Assembly: GCA_012295275.1 (NCBI GenBank)
Contig: CM022673.1
Span: forward strand, 9,362,001 to 9,426,000
DNA length: 64,000 nucleotides
Direction of reading: 5' to 3'
Origin: Chrysomallon squamiferum
Taxonomy: Eukaryota; Animalia; Mollusca
A program made the translations under genes and the position numbers. The notes under the pieces are model-generated. The model worked only from the letters and a program-made list of their open reading frames with translations. It did no database searches and was not told where the DNA came from. Below are positions 1 to 15,065 of this stretch, in pieces. The first letter of the stretch is position 1. Each line of letters starts with the position of its first letter.

Positions 1-614
1 AAAAAAAAAAAAAAAAAAAAGCATTATTGTTATTATTATTATTATTTAAATATTTCAGTTTATTTTTTTTTTTGAAAAGAACCATCAAGTCATATAACCA
101 TTTCGAAAAGTTATGTTCGTGTATCATCGCTCAAGACAGGTTTAATTCATTGCTTGATTTATGGCCAGTTCTTAAAAGGTTATTACACGAAATTTTGTCA
201 TGGGTTATGTTCAAGAATTATTTTATCGCCGGCTTTATATTCTCTCTTTCCTTGGTTCACTGTTTTTCTTTGACCTTGAGCGCCAAGTTACTCTCACAAC
301 ATTAATTATTTATCGTTCCTAACGTTAAACTCCATATACGACTCTTTGTATTTCAGACTGAAGCAGTTACTCGCGAGGCTATGATCCAATATTGCACGGT
401 AATTAATTTACCCTTCCCGTTTAGACGTAATAATTAAAATTGTATTACGTCCTGAATATCAGAAATCACAAAACTACACATGTAATTATTTTTTAAAAAT
501 GCCAAATATTGCTTTTAAATCATAGAAATAACAAATTCTCTGGATAATTGATATTTCTTCAAATAAAGTCGACCATTTGATGTCTGCTTAAGTTCGCTAA
601 AGTTTCAAGTACTT

Positions 615-670
615 GTGTTTTATTTAACCATACATTTTTTTTTTTTGTTTTATTTTATTTCATTTTATTT

Positions 671-723
<53 letters not shown>

Positions 724-1043
724 TTTAATTAATTTATTTACTTATTTATTTTATTTTAGTTTAGTTTAGTTTTAGTTTTAGTTTTTTGTTATGCAGTTTT
801 GTACCTATTGTCAAAAACAACCCATACTGCAAGAAAGGAAACCCGCAGCTGCCAAACATCTGACTATTCTTTTTCAGTTAGCATTAAGAGATGTTCTGTT
901 TATATATATATACCTTCTCATAGACAGGGAAAAACACACCAGTACATCTGTAAATACTGCCTGGGACACGAAATGACGCCGAGAAGAATCGATCCCTCTA
1001 ACCATCGTGCTTGAATAACAACTGAGCTTGAAGTCCTCGTTCC
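615..1043 (-). mobile_element. Degenerate tRNA-derived SINE copy (tail interrupted by poly-T expansion)
   Basis: Minus strand starts with A-box-like AGCTCAGTTG and B-box-like GGATCGATTC. Body cagttagcattaagagatg...ataccttctcatagacagg (875-930) aligns by eye with 43274-43325. Confidence 0.6.
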
Positions 1044-2779
1044 ATTCGTCATTTAAGCCGGTACAAAATGACAGTTTTGTTTGTTTTGAAATATTTTTAT
1101 GTGAGACTTGAACAAGAAAAGATAAAAACAGAAGAAAAACAAAAAGTGTTTTGTTTATTTTTGTATTCAGCATTGCTAAGTAGTTGGCTAAACAGCCCGA
1201 GGTCAGTTTCGTAACCTTGACTTTTTAAAGCTGTCGTTTTTTAGTTTGTTTTGTTCTGTTGATGGAATGGAAAAATAAATAAAATATATATGAAAACTAC
1301 GTTTCAAGAATAAATATGATATAATGAATCTTGTATAAAAGAACTGAAGTCATTTAAATGTTTTTTTTTTTTTTTTTTTTTTTGTAAATCGTTGGGGAAA
1401 TGTTTTGTTGTTTTTATTGTTCCTGCTGTTCTGTGGCGTTTTTTTTTTTGTTTTTTTTTTTTTTTTTTTTTTTTTTTTCTTTTCCAGGTTTTGTGATTTG
1501 TTTGATCGTTTGTTTGTTTGTTTGTTTTGTTTTTTGTTTTTAATTTTTAAATATATGGGGTTTTGGGAGGTTTATTGTTATTGTTTTGTTTTTTTTTTTT
1601 TTTTTTTTTTTTTGTTTTTTTTTTAAATTAGGACAACAGGAATAGGTTTACTACTGTGAAAAAATACATTTATCTGAAATATTTTTTCTCTCACACACAT
1701 TTGTACAAGAGTCTGCAATGTTCGATAAAAAAAATAATAATAATAATAAATAAAATTCTGGCATGCACCTTTCCTTTTGTTCTGTTCTGTTTGAGTTATT
1801 CACATTTTACTTAGTTATTTGTCTTCAGGACAGCATAATTACAATAACTTTTAAATTTTACAAAATTTGATTTGAAAGAAGCATGATAGATTTAACACAA
1901 GGACCCAAATTAATATCGATATCACAATAATCCAACAACAACAAAGTTTTTTTTTTTTTTTTTTTTTTAAATGTTTTGAAAAAGTATCTTTATTTCAAAC
2001 CTCAATTTCACTCACTTGATGAACTTTCTGAAACAAATATGTCGCCAAAAAAAAAAAAAAAAAAAAATGAAAATCTAAATTTCATTTCCATAAACATTGG
2101 ACAGACGTTCGCTGTCCGAGATTCCGCGTTCTCCTCACAACCAACTAGTTTTAAAGATCTTTTCATTTCATCAGCTTCACGCTTTCCCCATCAGCAAATT
2201 TCACACTTTCTTAGTTGCCTAAGTGACCATCGTTCATACGGGTCTCTTGCGCGTGCACTTCTCGAGCCCGTCTCGTGCTTCACGAGAGGTTCGCTCTGTC
2301 TCCTCGCGAAGATTGTGAACAACGTGTGAAATTGCACCCTTGGGGTCATAAATTCAGAAGTCGGCCATGCCGAAAATTTCCTAATTTTTGTGATTCCTTT
2401 CCTAGTTTTCTTGGCTGAGAACAGCTTTTCCAACGTAGCCAGCCCCCAGGCGGCATTTTGCCGGAGGGGAGTAATTTCGTCATATTTGATTGATAAGTTC
2501 GGATTTGCTTTCGTTTCGACACAAGGAATGATTTCGTTTCGGTGTGATCTACCAGGTGTGATTTTGTATTAATCTTCTTCTTCTTCTTCTTCTAATTTTA
2601 ATTTTTTTTTTTTTTTTTTTTTTTTTTCGGAGCTTGGTTGACGCAAACATTGCTCATGGCGTATACACTTCGCCGGCAGCTCATAGACGAGGTCAAAATG
2701 ATTTGTGAAAACAAATATTTGCACACGTCATCGAGTTCACTAAAATAGCTGAAGATTTTCTAGACGAATAATTTAGTCT

Positions 2780-3066
2780 AGAGATTTGGAAGTATATCAG
2801 ATCTGGTAATAATAAAGAGATTTGGAAATTAAAAAAAAAAAAAAAAAAAAATTCGGTTGCTCTGTAAAAGAGATTTGAAAATATTTAAAATTTGGTAGCA
2901 ATACAGAGATGTGGAAATATTTGAAATTCGGTAACAATAGTTATAGAGATTTGGATATTGTAAAATTTCTTAATAATAAAGAGATCTGGAAATGGTATAA
3001 AATTTGATAACAATAACGGGATTTGGAAATATATAGAATTTGGTAACAATATAGAAATTTGGGTTT
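2780..3066. repeat. Degenerate ~36-bp tandem repeat (AGAGATTTGGAAAT...AATTTGGTAACAATA)
   Basis: About 8 recognisable units. Confidence 0.85.
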
Positions 3067-3309
3067 CATAGACTAATCTTTATAATAAATACAATAGTTT
3101 TAAATCTTAAAAACTTGGATTTATTAATAGCATGATAAAAACATACCAAATAATTCAACAAAGTTCTTAGTTTTTATACTTGAACAACTGTTTGTGGAGA
3201 GGTCAATGGATGGTTGTATGCATGTACGTACGTACGTGTATGTGATGTATATGGATGATACATATATATTTGTATGTAGGTCTGTCTATGGAAAGATGGA
3301 TGTGTACGT

Positions 3310-3359
<50 letters not shown>

Positions 3360-4367
3360 GGAATATGGATGAATTATGTATAATCATGGGTGAATGTATG
3401 TTTGTATATTTGTTTGTTTATATCTTTTTATGTGTGTATTATTCTTTAACGCATTGTTCCTTACTGTGTCAATACAAAATTACCAAGCATAACAACAATA
3501 CACAAATATATCACAAACGCACACGCATACTTATTCATAAAAATATAAGAAATATATATGTGTGTTTGTGCGTCTGTTTTTTTATATATTCAAGTGTTGC
3601 TAACAAACCACTGTTCAAACTAACAAATATTTATTCTCGTTCTCCTTCGTTTTCTTTACCGTTATTTTTCAAAGAACCGTTTCAATTTCACTTCGCGTTA
3701 ATTATTCAAGTAATCGTTTTCGCTATGTCGATTTCCGAGGCGACGGAACAGCACGAAAACTGTCTGGCGGAATTCTTAACAGTGCGCGCCAGAAATAATT
3801 TCTCGCGGGAATTCGTCCATTAAAGATTCGCGGAAAATTTGTGTTTTTCTTGTGATGGTTTCAGAACACTAGAGAACGGTTTCTTTTCTTTTCTTTTCTT
3901 TTCTTTTAACTACTTCTTTCTCTTTTTTTTATTTTTTTTTTTTTTTTTTTTTATTTTATATATTTTTTTTTATTATTATTTTTCTTTATTTTATTTTATT
4001 TATCTTTTCTCGTGTCATCTGCATTTTTTTTTTTCATTCTTTTTTTCCACATCCTTTTTCTATTTTCATTTTCTTTTTTTTTTTCCCCCATAATAAATTT
4101 AATTTCTCGAGGCTTATTTCACATTAGATTTCCCGTTTGTCATTACTTTAATGGAATCCGTTTAATACACACGTTGTTTTGTCAATTTCAAAACGTTTTT
4201 ATTTCACCAGTACGGAAGTAGTAAGTAATTATTAAATATTGCTTTTAATATTTTTAGGGATTTCTTAAATATTAAAAATAAATAAATAAATAAATAATTT
4301 GGTTTAATTATTTATTTCATTTTAAACCAATTTTTCTATACTTATTTTCATGTTTTAAATTTATTAG

Positions 4368-4416
<49 letters not shown>

Positions 4417-4698
4417 CTAACAACAACAACAAGTAGTAGTAGTAATAGTAGTAGTAGTAATAGTAGCAGTAGTAGTAGTAGTAGTTGTAGTAATAGTCGT
4501 AGTAGTTGTTGTATGAAAGAGTTTTTTCGGTTGTTTTTGTTTTAATCCTGTATTAATGTCTGTTATTGTCTGTATGTCTGGCTGTTAGTCCGGATTCTTC
4601 ACTGCCAGTAATTTTTGGGGATACGTAATTATGTATCCAAGTTTGTTCGATTTAACCAAACTTTATTGTTAAAAATATCTATTTGGTTTTTTTGTTTG

Positions 4699-4750
<52 letters not shown>

Positions 4751-5133
4751 TTGTTTTATAGTGCATGAAAAAAGTTTTTGTTGTCTTTTATTTCTGAAAA
4801 AAAAAAAAATCATTTTATAAATAAACTTTTATCCTAATGAGTCAAGTAATTTACTTCTTTTTAGAAATAAAAATTAATGGGTTTTTTTTTTTATTATTTA
4901 ATAGGTTTTGATATCGAAATAAAAATACATGGGTTTTAGTTTTTATTCTGTTTATATATTTACAATTACATTTAAAAAATATTTACATAGAAATTCTTCA
5001 AACTTTGTTAAGTTTTATATGTTTGTTATTAGGTTTTTCATTATCGTTGTTTCTCTTTCTTTATTTCTTTTTTATTTTGTTTATATATATATGTGTGTGT
5101 GTGTGTCTGTGTATTTGTATATGTGTGTGTATG

Positions 5134-5164
<31 letters not shown>

Positions 5165-5298
5165 ATATGTTTGTGTGTATATATATTTGTGGGAGGGGTA
5201 TTTGTATTTTATTTATTTATTTATTTATTTATTTATTTTATTTTATTTTATTTTGTTGTTTCAGTTAACAATTTTTATTTTAGTTCGATTTATATATA

Positions 5299-5337
<39 letters not shown>

Positions 5338-6999
5338 TTTTTTGTTGTTTTGTTGTTATTATTATTATTACTCCTACTACTAGTACATGTTGCTGTTTTG
5401 TTATCATTATTATTATTGTTGTTGTTGTTGTTGTTACTGATTTCGTTTTAAATATTTTTATTTATTCATTCATTCATTCATTTATTCATACTTTGCCGAT
5501 TATTCATACAGCACATTTTCTAAAATGATACCTCTGCATTCTGTCCGTTCTATTCAGTTTTATTTTATTACAACTTAACAACCAAACCTCCATCCACCCT
5601 CCGTTAAAAAAAAAAAAAAAAAAAAAAAGGCCCAGAAACTTACAAGAACATTTTTTTTTTTTTTTTTTGTATATTCTTTTACGTACATAACATCTTCTTT
5701 TGAAGTCTACTTATAATTTACTTATCAACCCCACTTCTCCATCTCACGCTGTTCACAAACACCTAACACCTGCAAGTCGATGCGAACAACCCCACCGTAT
5801 GTCGATGATAGAATGGCCGCTGTGCACGTCTAATTGCAGTACCATAAAAATCATAGTTAATAGCCTGTCGCAACACCTGTGGCTGCTTAAAACGCGACCT
5901 CTGACCCCGCAACAGATACAGAGTCAGTCGCGAACAATTCGTACTCTTCAATGGCGGCCAATCGCATTGCCATTAAGAGTATAATCTGTGAAAGAAATTA
6001 TATTTCACTTTGTGTTCGGCACTTGTGATGAAAAGTATTTACTCTGCGGGATGTCGAGGTGGATGTTCCTTTCTTAGTTTTCTTCTTTGCCCTTTTTTTT
6101 TTTTTTACCTTTTATCTTTTTTTTTTTTCTTCTTTCTTTCTTTTTTTTTTTTTTTTTTTTATATTGAGGTATTTTTCGTTGCTCGTGTTTTTATTATTAC
6201 GTTCATCATTTCTACCTTGATTTTTACGTATATCTCCATTGTTGTAAAATGTATTTACCCTGTCGGGGAGTATGGTATTTATATTATTTATTTCTCATAA
6301 TGGTTTTTTTTTTTTCTTTTTTTTTTTCCCCCTAATAAAATTAATCTAATCAAAAAATCGGTTTTCATTGTAGACATTTGATTCGATTATGCCTTCTCTC
6401 CTTTTTTTTTATTTCTTTCTTTTATTCGTTTCTTCTTTTTATTTCTAAAAAAAAAAAAAAGGATAAAAAAAAAAAAAGTAGCTAATCTAAACTTCTAGTT
6501 CGCAAACGCTGAAGCAGAACTTTATTGAAATATAAAAAGATTTTTATTGTCAAGTAGCCTTTTTTTTTTTTTTGTATTGTTTTTTTTTTTTTTTTTCTTT
6601 TTTTTTAGCAGACTGAAAAATCGACAATGGTGATGGTTGTCGTATTAAAATGTAACACGTGCATGATGTCAAATGTCGCTGTCAACGCTAACACATTCTG
6701 TAAAGAAAAAATAAGAAGACACGGGCCATTTAGTAAAGCTTTCAAATTTTCTGGACATTTTCTCATTTTTTTGCATTATTTATTAATCTTTAGAAAAAAG
6801 GGACATAATCTGACATAGGCTTCTGATTTATTGTCCCGGGTTGTCAAAAGCTGGGAACGATAGGAGGCGCTGAAAAGATTAGATACAGCCCTCAAAAATA
6901 TGTATCCATATATTTATATTTTGCATCTTTTTCATCCTTACAATGGTAAAGTCTCATCATAAACTAATAAAATATTTAAAAAAAAATGAATAAAAAAAA

Positions 7000-7205
7000 A
7001 AACAGCACAATGGTTTTGAGAACTCACTGGTTAAAAAAGGAGAAGAAAAAAGAAGAAAAAAAACCACGATGGAGAACTCTTTTTATCAAAAAAAGAGCAA
7101 AATATGATTGATAACTCGTTAGCAATAAAGGAGCAAAATATTACTTAAGGAACTCTTTAGTTATTAAAGAGCACAAAAAAAAAAAGGTCAAGAACTCTTC
7201 TGTAA
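7000..7205. repeat. Degenerate tandem repeat with GAACTC...AAAGAGCAAAA units
   Basis: About 5 units anchored on (g)aactc. Confidence 0.6.
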
Positions 7206-7739
7206 ATTATGAATAAAATAATGCAGGTGTCAGACACAGAGTTATAGCTGAAGATGTCAGCAGGTTACTCTTTAGAAAAAATATTTAAATTTTAACGTTA
7301 ATAATAATTACCCATCCGTTTCGGATACTTATAAATCATGTAAGACGTATTTGAAACAATAACCGAATACAGACGTGTTAAATTCTGTGGGAACATGGGA
7401 CCATAATTTTTTTTTTTTTTTTTTTTTTTGTTTAAATATTAATATGGTTGGTTGTATAAGTGAATCTACAGAAGTTTACGTCTGAATGCTGGATAACGTG
7501 ATTTAAAAAAAAAAAAATTATTTTAAAATTGAACTTCTTGTTATTTTTCAAGTTTTTAAATTATATATAAATATGAGTGTGCTGTTATGTTCATATGTTG
7601 TAACAAGAAAAATAACGGACGTACGTAAGTATACGTGCTTATATTTATACAGACAGTATTAAAAATAATAATTCTTTTGAAAAGACGAATCAGCACAAAA
7701 TCGAAAGAATATCTTTAACTTTATTTTGATTTTATGTAT

Positions 7740-7770
<31 letters not shown>

Positions 7771-7837
7771 CTTACATGATGTTTTCTTTGTTTTTTGTTT
7801 TATTTTAAATCATTTTTATTATTTTATTTATTTATTT

Positions 7838-7874
<37 letters not shown>

Positions 7875-7879
7875 TGTAC

Positions 7880-7930
<51 letters not shown>

Positions 7931-8499
7931 TTCATTTATTCATTCATTCATTTTTTTCTAATTTATTTATTTTATTTTATTTTATTTTATTTTATTTTTT
8001 TATTTTTTTTTTTTTATATTTTTTAATTTTTATATATTTTTTTATTATTATTTCATTTCATTTCAGTTCATTTTATTTTTATATTTATATTTTTGCTTTT
8101 TTACATCATTTCAATCTGCTTCAGCCGTGTCGTTCTCTTATCATCCGAGAGATGATGATAAAATTAATTAATTAGTATTCGACGAAGGGGAGAATTTACG
8201 CCCTACACTGGTTCACATGCATGTGATTAACCCAGAACTAAAACACTGAAATTAATTATTCAGTGAAATGCTATTCTCCGGCTTTTCTATTTTTACTTCC
8301 AGATTATTTAGGTTTCTCCTGATTGTGTTAATTAAAAAAAAGAAATTTTATTTTAACTTCTCGAAATTATTCCAGTTTGTATTTCAGTTTTTGATATTAG
8401 TACGATAAGTCATTTTTAAAGAATAATAGAAAATTTCACGTATATTTAGAATTTTATTCATTTATTCATTCATTCATTCATTCTTCTTCATTCTTCTTC

Positions 8500-8537
<38 letters not shown>

Positions 8538-9251
8538 TATTCGTAGTAGTAGTTGTTGTATGGTCATCATTGCTATTACTACTATTATTATTATTAATAT
8601 TATTTGTTTTATATAATACATTTTTCTTTCATTTTGTTTGTATTTCTTTGTGTGTGTGACTGTGTTGTTGTTTTTTTTTTTTGTTTTTTTCTGGGGCTTT
8701 TTATTATTGAATATTATGTCAGTTATCTACAGTATAACGAGAACGTTAATGACTTAAAAAAATATATATATTTGATTTTGCATTTGCAACGATCTCACAT
8801 AAATCACAAAAATAACTTCAGTAATAAAATAAAAAAATTACAATATCAAATAATATTTTTAGAAGAACGTCATTTTCTGTTAATGTTTAACGGTTGATTT
8901 CGTAAACAATTTATTCGTAAATTTATTGAAGATGACATACTGCAACAAAGAAATAATATTTAAAATTTCAAAATATCGATATTCTTTTAAGTTATCTGTA
9001 ATGTACTATTTCCTTTACTTATACATTTGTTATTTCTGTACATTTAACAACAAAAAAAAAAAAAACAACAATATTAATAATATAATTTAACTGAATAATT
9101 AATAATAAAAATAGAAAAAAGTAATTACGTGTAACTGAATTTTAGATTATTTTAATTTGTTTATCTCTGTTTCTGTCTTCTTCTTCTTTTTATTTATTTT
9201 TTTATTAAATTTTTTTTTTAACTGTTTCGTTGTCTTTTTCAATCATTCACT

Positions 9252-9313
<62 letters not shown>

Positions 9314-10962
9314 GAATGTCCGTCTGTGTGCTTCTTCCATCTCTCTCTCTCAACTCCACGATTCATTCTCTCTTCTTCTTCTTCTTCTTCTTCTTCTTCC
9401 TTTTATCAAATTTTATTTCGGACCAGTTTTTAATAACCGCGCTTTCAGGAAGAACTTCGCCTATAACGTCGGAGTGGAGAAATTGATCGGGGAGCGCGGA
9501 TTCTGGCTAAATCAATCCAATTTCAGACAAATTCTTTTGCTTGAGTTGGTAGGAAAACGAATCTAGCCGACGTTTCAAGCCTTCTTGTGCTTTCCATGGA
9601 AACAGTAAAATTATGAATCCTAACTCGGTTCGATACTGCGACAGACCCGCACAGAGTGATATGCGCGTTTTCACAAGAACACGGCGTCCTTTTCTCCCCC
9701 CCCCACCACCACGTCCCCGTGTCCATTTCAATAAAAAAAAAAAAAAACTTCAGGTCAATTTCACCCCCAAACACGCCGAATTATTACGAGTCGCAGAATC
9801 TTTTATCTCTGCCGACTGTTTTCATATGGGCGACATTTTCTGCCGAACGCATCGGAGAAGTCAACTAAATAAAACGAATACTGGCTGAAGTAAACAAAAG
9901 GTCAAATCCATTTCTTAAGCTACGTCGATTTCATATGCTGGTCAGTGATCGAACTCCATCCAGCGATTGACCCGTACACCTCATGATCACGTGCAAGCGA
10001 TTTTCAGATGAAAGGGAATTGTCAATCGCTGACGGAAACACAATCATACTTGCTGCATGTAAATATGTCCACATGGGGGCGGATATATTTCTACTTCAAT
10101 TCCGTATAATTTCAGTATTATTCTAAACACAGTCTGTCTGTCTGTCTGTCTCTTTTTGCGGTAGCGGTTTAAAGGATGCGGCGAAGGACTTTTTGTTTCA
10201 TTATTCTTTTTATTTTTATCACGTTATCTCTATCGATGTAACGGTACATAGTTTGTCAATATACGCGTGAAACTAACATCAACCGCTTTTGATAAGAACA
10301 CAATGGAAGATTCACAATAACCGCAACAGGAAAATGTCACATGTTACCGCTATTATTTTAAATTGCTTCGAGATTAATACGTCTATTTCTGCGTACATTT
10401 TGACACGTGTTAAAGTGAATGTGTGAACTGGTACATAATTATGTATTGTTTCACTTGTTAATACACATTTATGCACGTCTGTTTCAGCAGAGTACTGATG
10501 TACCTAAAACCGGTATATTTATGTATCGGCGTGTGCTAATATATATTTATATGTTTGTTAATATTGTTAGTACATTTTATATGTATATATGCATAATTAT
10601 AACTAATCATATATGTGTGTTTATATATATATATATATTGTATTTGTATATTTGTATATATATCATTTAGATCTATGTATTATATGACATAATATGATAT
10701 ATTTAGATATATATATTTATGTATGTATGTATGTATATCTTTTAGATGTATATAATTCTGAAAGTATGTATGACGACATAATACATGTATATATGTATGT
10801 GTGCAGATAAGCATATACGTCCGTATACAGGAATGTTTAATTACATGTTTTTGTTTCTTTCATTTTTATTTTTTATTTTTTATTTTTTTATTATTATTAT
10901 TTTAATTCTTATATTTATTTTAAACACTGTTTTGATCTTGTAAATTTCATTTTAAATTTAAA

Positions 10963-11123
10963 TAGTAGTAGTAGTAGTAATAATAATAATAATAATAATA
11001 ACAACAATAATAATAATAATAATAAAAACAACAATAATAATAATAATAATAACAATAACAACAATAACAGCAATAACAGTAATAATAAAAGCAATAACAA
11101 GAATAATAGTAATAAACAACAAC

Positions 11124-11158
<35 letters not shown>

Positions 11159-11227
11159 TAATAGTAATAATAATCATAATAACAATAATAGTAATAATAA
11201 TCATAATAACAATAATAATAATAATAA

Positions 11228-11297
<70 letters not shown>

Positions 11298-11298
11298 C

Positions 11299-11389
<91 letters not shown>
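10963..11389. repeat. (AAT)n microsatellite, about 430 bp
   Basis: Directly visible; source of the spurious poly-I/L/Y ORFs. Confidence 0.98.
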
Positions 11390-11564
11390 GACATTTCTGC
11401 ACAATTTGGAACTCTAATGTTGACACCACTGCCCGCCCAGAACGTAAAAAGAAAAAATTTGGTTAGTATTGATTTTAGCGATATATTATATTTATGATTT
11501 TATAAATAGAGAATTAATCATGTCTGACGGTCAAGAAGTTCTCTGGTGGTTCCGATAAAACAGT

Positions 11565-11578
11565 CGATAGATGGCGCT
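11565..11578 (+). promoter_or_regulatory. CTCF-like (or YY1-like) motif CGATAGATGGCGCT
   Basis: Matches the YAGRKGGCGCT core. A similar site, CGATAGGAGGCGCTG, lies at 6858-6872 in the same orientation. Confidence 0.35.
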
Positions 11579-11941
11579 TCATTAGTGACGTTGTCCTTAC
11601 AGCGCGGTGTGCTTTGTAATTGATTGCGGTCATTTTATATACGTTATGTTGATACCTCAGTGAAAGAGATATCGGACAGGGAAAATCAATAAGTGAATGA
11701 ATACATGATTAAGTATTAAATTTTTAAAATGTAGGCTTGATAAGAGGCTGGGAGAGGAATAAATAAATAAATAACCGTAGTTGTTCGTATAAAACGGACT
11801 CCTAAAATTATAGGTAATTTAATTCTGAAAAAAAAAATATATATATCTCTTGTTTTGCATAATATGTACCGGTGTTTCCTTAGAAGAGTTTCGTGTAATC
11901 AGAATTCGAAGATCGTAGGGTCAGACCAAGTTATATATATT

Positions 11942-11989
<48 letters not shown>

Positions 11990-12066
11990 TTTAGTGAGAT
12001 TTTTCTTTAAAAAGCCCAGTATTTTACAAAAAAAAAAAAAAATAATAATTATAAATAAATAAATAA

Positions 12067-12101
<35 letters not shown>

Positions 12102-12216
12102 GTTGTGTTGTTATGTCTTGTAGTAGTTTGAGGTAAATAAAAAAACAAGTAATATTAAGTTCTCGATAACTGTTCGCACGTCCTTTTCTGGAGTCTAAAG
12201 TGCTATATTAAAAAAT

Positions 12217-12282
<66 letters not shown>

Positions 12283-12339
12283 CAAACAAACAAAAAAAGA
12301 AATAAAACAAAGGCAAAAACATGAAAGAAAACGTCCATA

Positions 12340-12390
<51 letters not shown>

Positions 12391-12885
12391 ATTCATGCAT
12401 TAAATGCATAAATAAAATACTTTACAATCCGAGATGGAAAAGAGAAATAGAAAAGAAAAAATTTAAATTAAAATAAATATATGAGATAAAATTATTTCGG
12501 TAGAAAAAAAAAAAAAAAGGTATCGACAATGAATTATATATAAGTAATTAAAGCCAGTCAGTTACATTTAATGTAATATGTATTAATAATTTAATATTAA
12601 AACGAGTTTAAGACATAGCAGTGCAATTTATTTTTCATTATCTACGTATATACACACAAATACGCATGCATACACACAAAAACACAAACGTATATATATA
12701 CACACACACATATATAAATATATATATGAAGCTTATTTCGCTTCATGTCAGTGTTGCTTTTGTGTTGGTATGTCTAAGCTGGTGACGCTGAAGTGGAGTG
12801 GATATATATTTCACATCTCTTTATAAAGAAGAACAAAAAAGATCGGCCAACAAAACAAGCTTTTTCTTGTCGTTTTCTTTTTCTT

Positions 12886-12919
<34 letters not shown>

Positions 12920-13832
12920 CTTTTTACTGTTTGGTTTTTATGTTGTTGTGTTTTTGTTTAGTTTTTGTTTATGCTGCTGTTGTTGTTGCGTTTTTTTTGT
13001 TTTGTGTGTTTTTTTCTACCGACAACCATCCTTATTTGTACGACAGAACAAACGTAGCCATTGGAAGGGAAATAACTCTTCAAGTCGTCGACACATCAAT
13101 AAAAATGCCAGACAGAAAGAATGGCTATTGAAACAAACTTTAAGCCATGTTTTCGTTTTTCGTGCATTTTATTTCCTTTTCAAGAATAAAAAAGAAAAGA
13201 ATTTGAAAAAATATTTGTCAGTTTATTATGTGTTCTACTGATTTTCTTAATTTATTGTACAAAAATGTTTAAAAATATATTTAAATGAAAGCATTATAAT
13301 TAGACAACATCCTATGTCATTAAATGAAAAATAATTAATCACCTTGAAACCATGGGTTGTATGTTTTAATAATTATCTCATGTTATTAATATTAGTCAAA
13401 ACGAGGAACTCCTTATATTTAATCTTTTTTATTTCTGCTTAACTTAAGAAAATCACATAATTATATATTTCTGTTTGTCTCTACAAGAGTTTAACTCAGC
13501 GAGTGCTTCTGACTTGTTTTCGTGTTCTCTTTGTCTTTTTATTTTTCTGTTATGCTCTGGGGTTTTTGCTGTTGTTTCTCTCCATTTTCTCTCTTCCTTT
13601 TTCTAAGTCTCTGGGGTTTTTTTGTTGTTTTTTCTCTTCTTCCCTCTCTTTCTTTCTCTAATTCTCTCTCTCTGTCTATCTCTCTGTCTCTGTCTCTCTG
13701 TCTTCTTCTTGCTGTTTACCTTTCTTTCTTTCTCTCTCTCTCGCTATTTATCTGTTTCTCTCGCTGTATCTCTTTTTCTCTCTCTCTCGCTATTTATCTT
13801 TCTCTCTCTATATCTGTGTTTCTCTCGCTGTA

Positions 13833-13863
<31 letters not shown>

Positions 13864-13879
13864 GTTTCCAAGTGAAGAG

Positions 13880-15031
13880 TTCTACAAATCAAATTAAAAC
13901 GAACAGAGCAAACGCTTCTAGAAAAACGACTTCTCCCACGCCGTCACAGAAAACGAGAACCTAACAACTTAATTATCTGGTGCATATCACTCGCAAAACC
14001 CACCCAAACGCTCGCACTCCCACCCATCAAGTCAGCCTAACTCGCCAATTTCTTCTGTTACAAATAAATAGCAGTCATCAACGCATTACATTAAAGCAAA
14101 TCTATCCCCATACCCCTCAATTTGGACATTTTTTTGTTTTTTTTTCTCTCTCTGTCTCTCTTAACCTCGAGCGCTTTGAAAAAGATCTTGTCGCAACCCG
14201 GGACACGACACAGCAACAAAGCAACAAACACTATACGTCAGGCTCGTGGATAATTTCGCCCATTCAGCTATGACATGTATGACTTCAAAGAAATTGTACC
14301 TTGTAATTTTCTGGCAAAACGGATGGGTGTCGACTTAATACCTTTGCAAACGTCGAGAACCCAGATGACACGTTAATGCTTGGTCTAACAGTCGGCTCGC
14401 TTTGCCTCGACACTGATACCGAGCGATCAGACTCTTCAACAGGTATCTATCTCTGATATGTTATGCCTGGTCGGGTTTCGATCTTGAAGTGCTGCGACAC
14501 TGATACCAGAGAAGGCAAGTAACGTGCGCTACAGGCCTGACAGCAAACAGGCAACTCCCAGACGGGGGACAAGGACTGGAGGTGATTTTTTTTTTTTTTT
14601 TTTTTTTTTTAGTCGAGCGAAATACGTCTTCAGACAAACGAAGGAGAAGACGATGAAGATACAACAGACGCAAAGTTTCTCACAAACGCGGCATACCTGT
14701 CCCCTAAGGGTTAAATAGTTCACGTTAATCTTTTCAGATAAGCCCCAGTGAATAAGATTACTGGAGTTGTGGATGACGGTGGTGGCGGTTATGGTCACGT
14801 CATCATTGTGATTAGGACTGGGAGGTCTGAAGTCTGTTGGTATCGCTGAATCTTTTGAAATACAATGCTCAGTCAAGACGTAGACTTCACTATATCAACT
14901 AACTTCTCACATTCTGTAAAATGAAATTTACTACCCTAGATCCTTCTTTTTTTTTTTTAAAAAAAAAAAAAAAATGTCATTTGAATGGATGCACATTTGT
15001 ATATCATAATTATGCCGATTTCTTTTCTTGC

Positions 15032-15065
<34 letters not shown>

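Noticed and set aside
975-1043. tRNA gene
   Set aside because: A-box and B-box remnants only, no cloverleaf; it is the head of a SINE.
10915-11429. 160-aa poly-I/L/Y ORFs, and similar ORFs at 3194, 4929, 31298, 38358, 51462, 56128, 59356 and 62158
   Set aside because: Translations of simple repeats; no splice signals or domain content.
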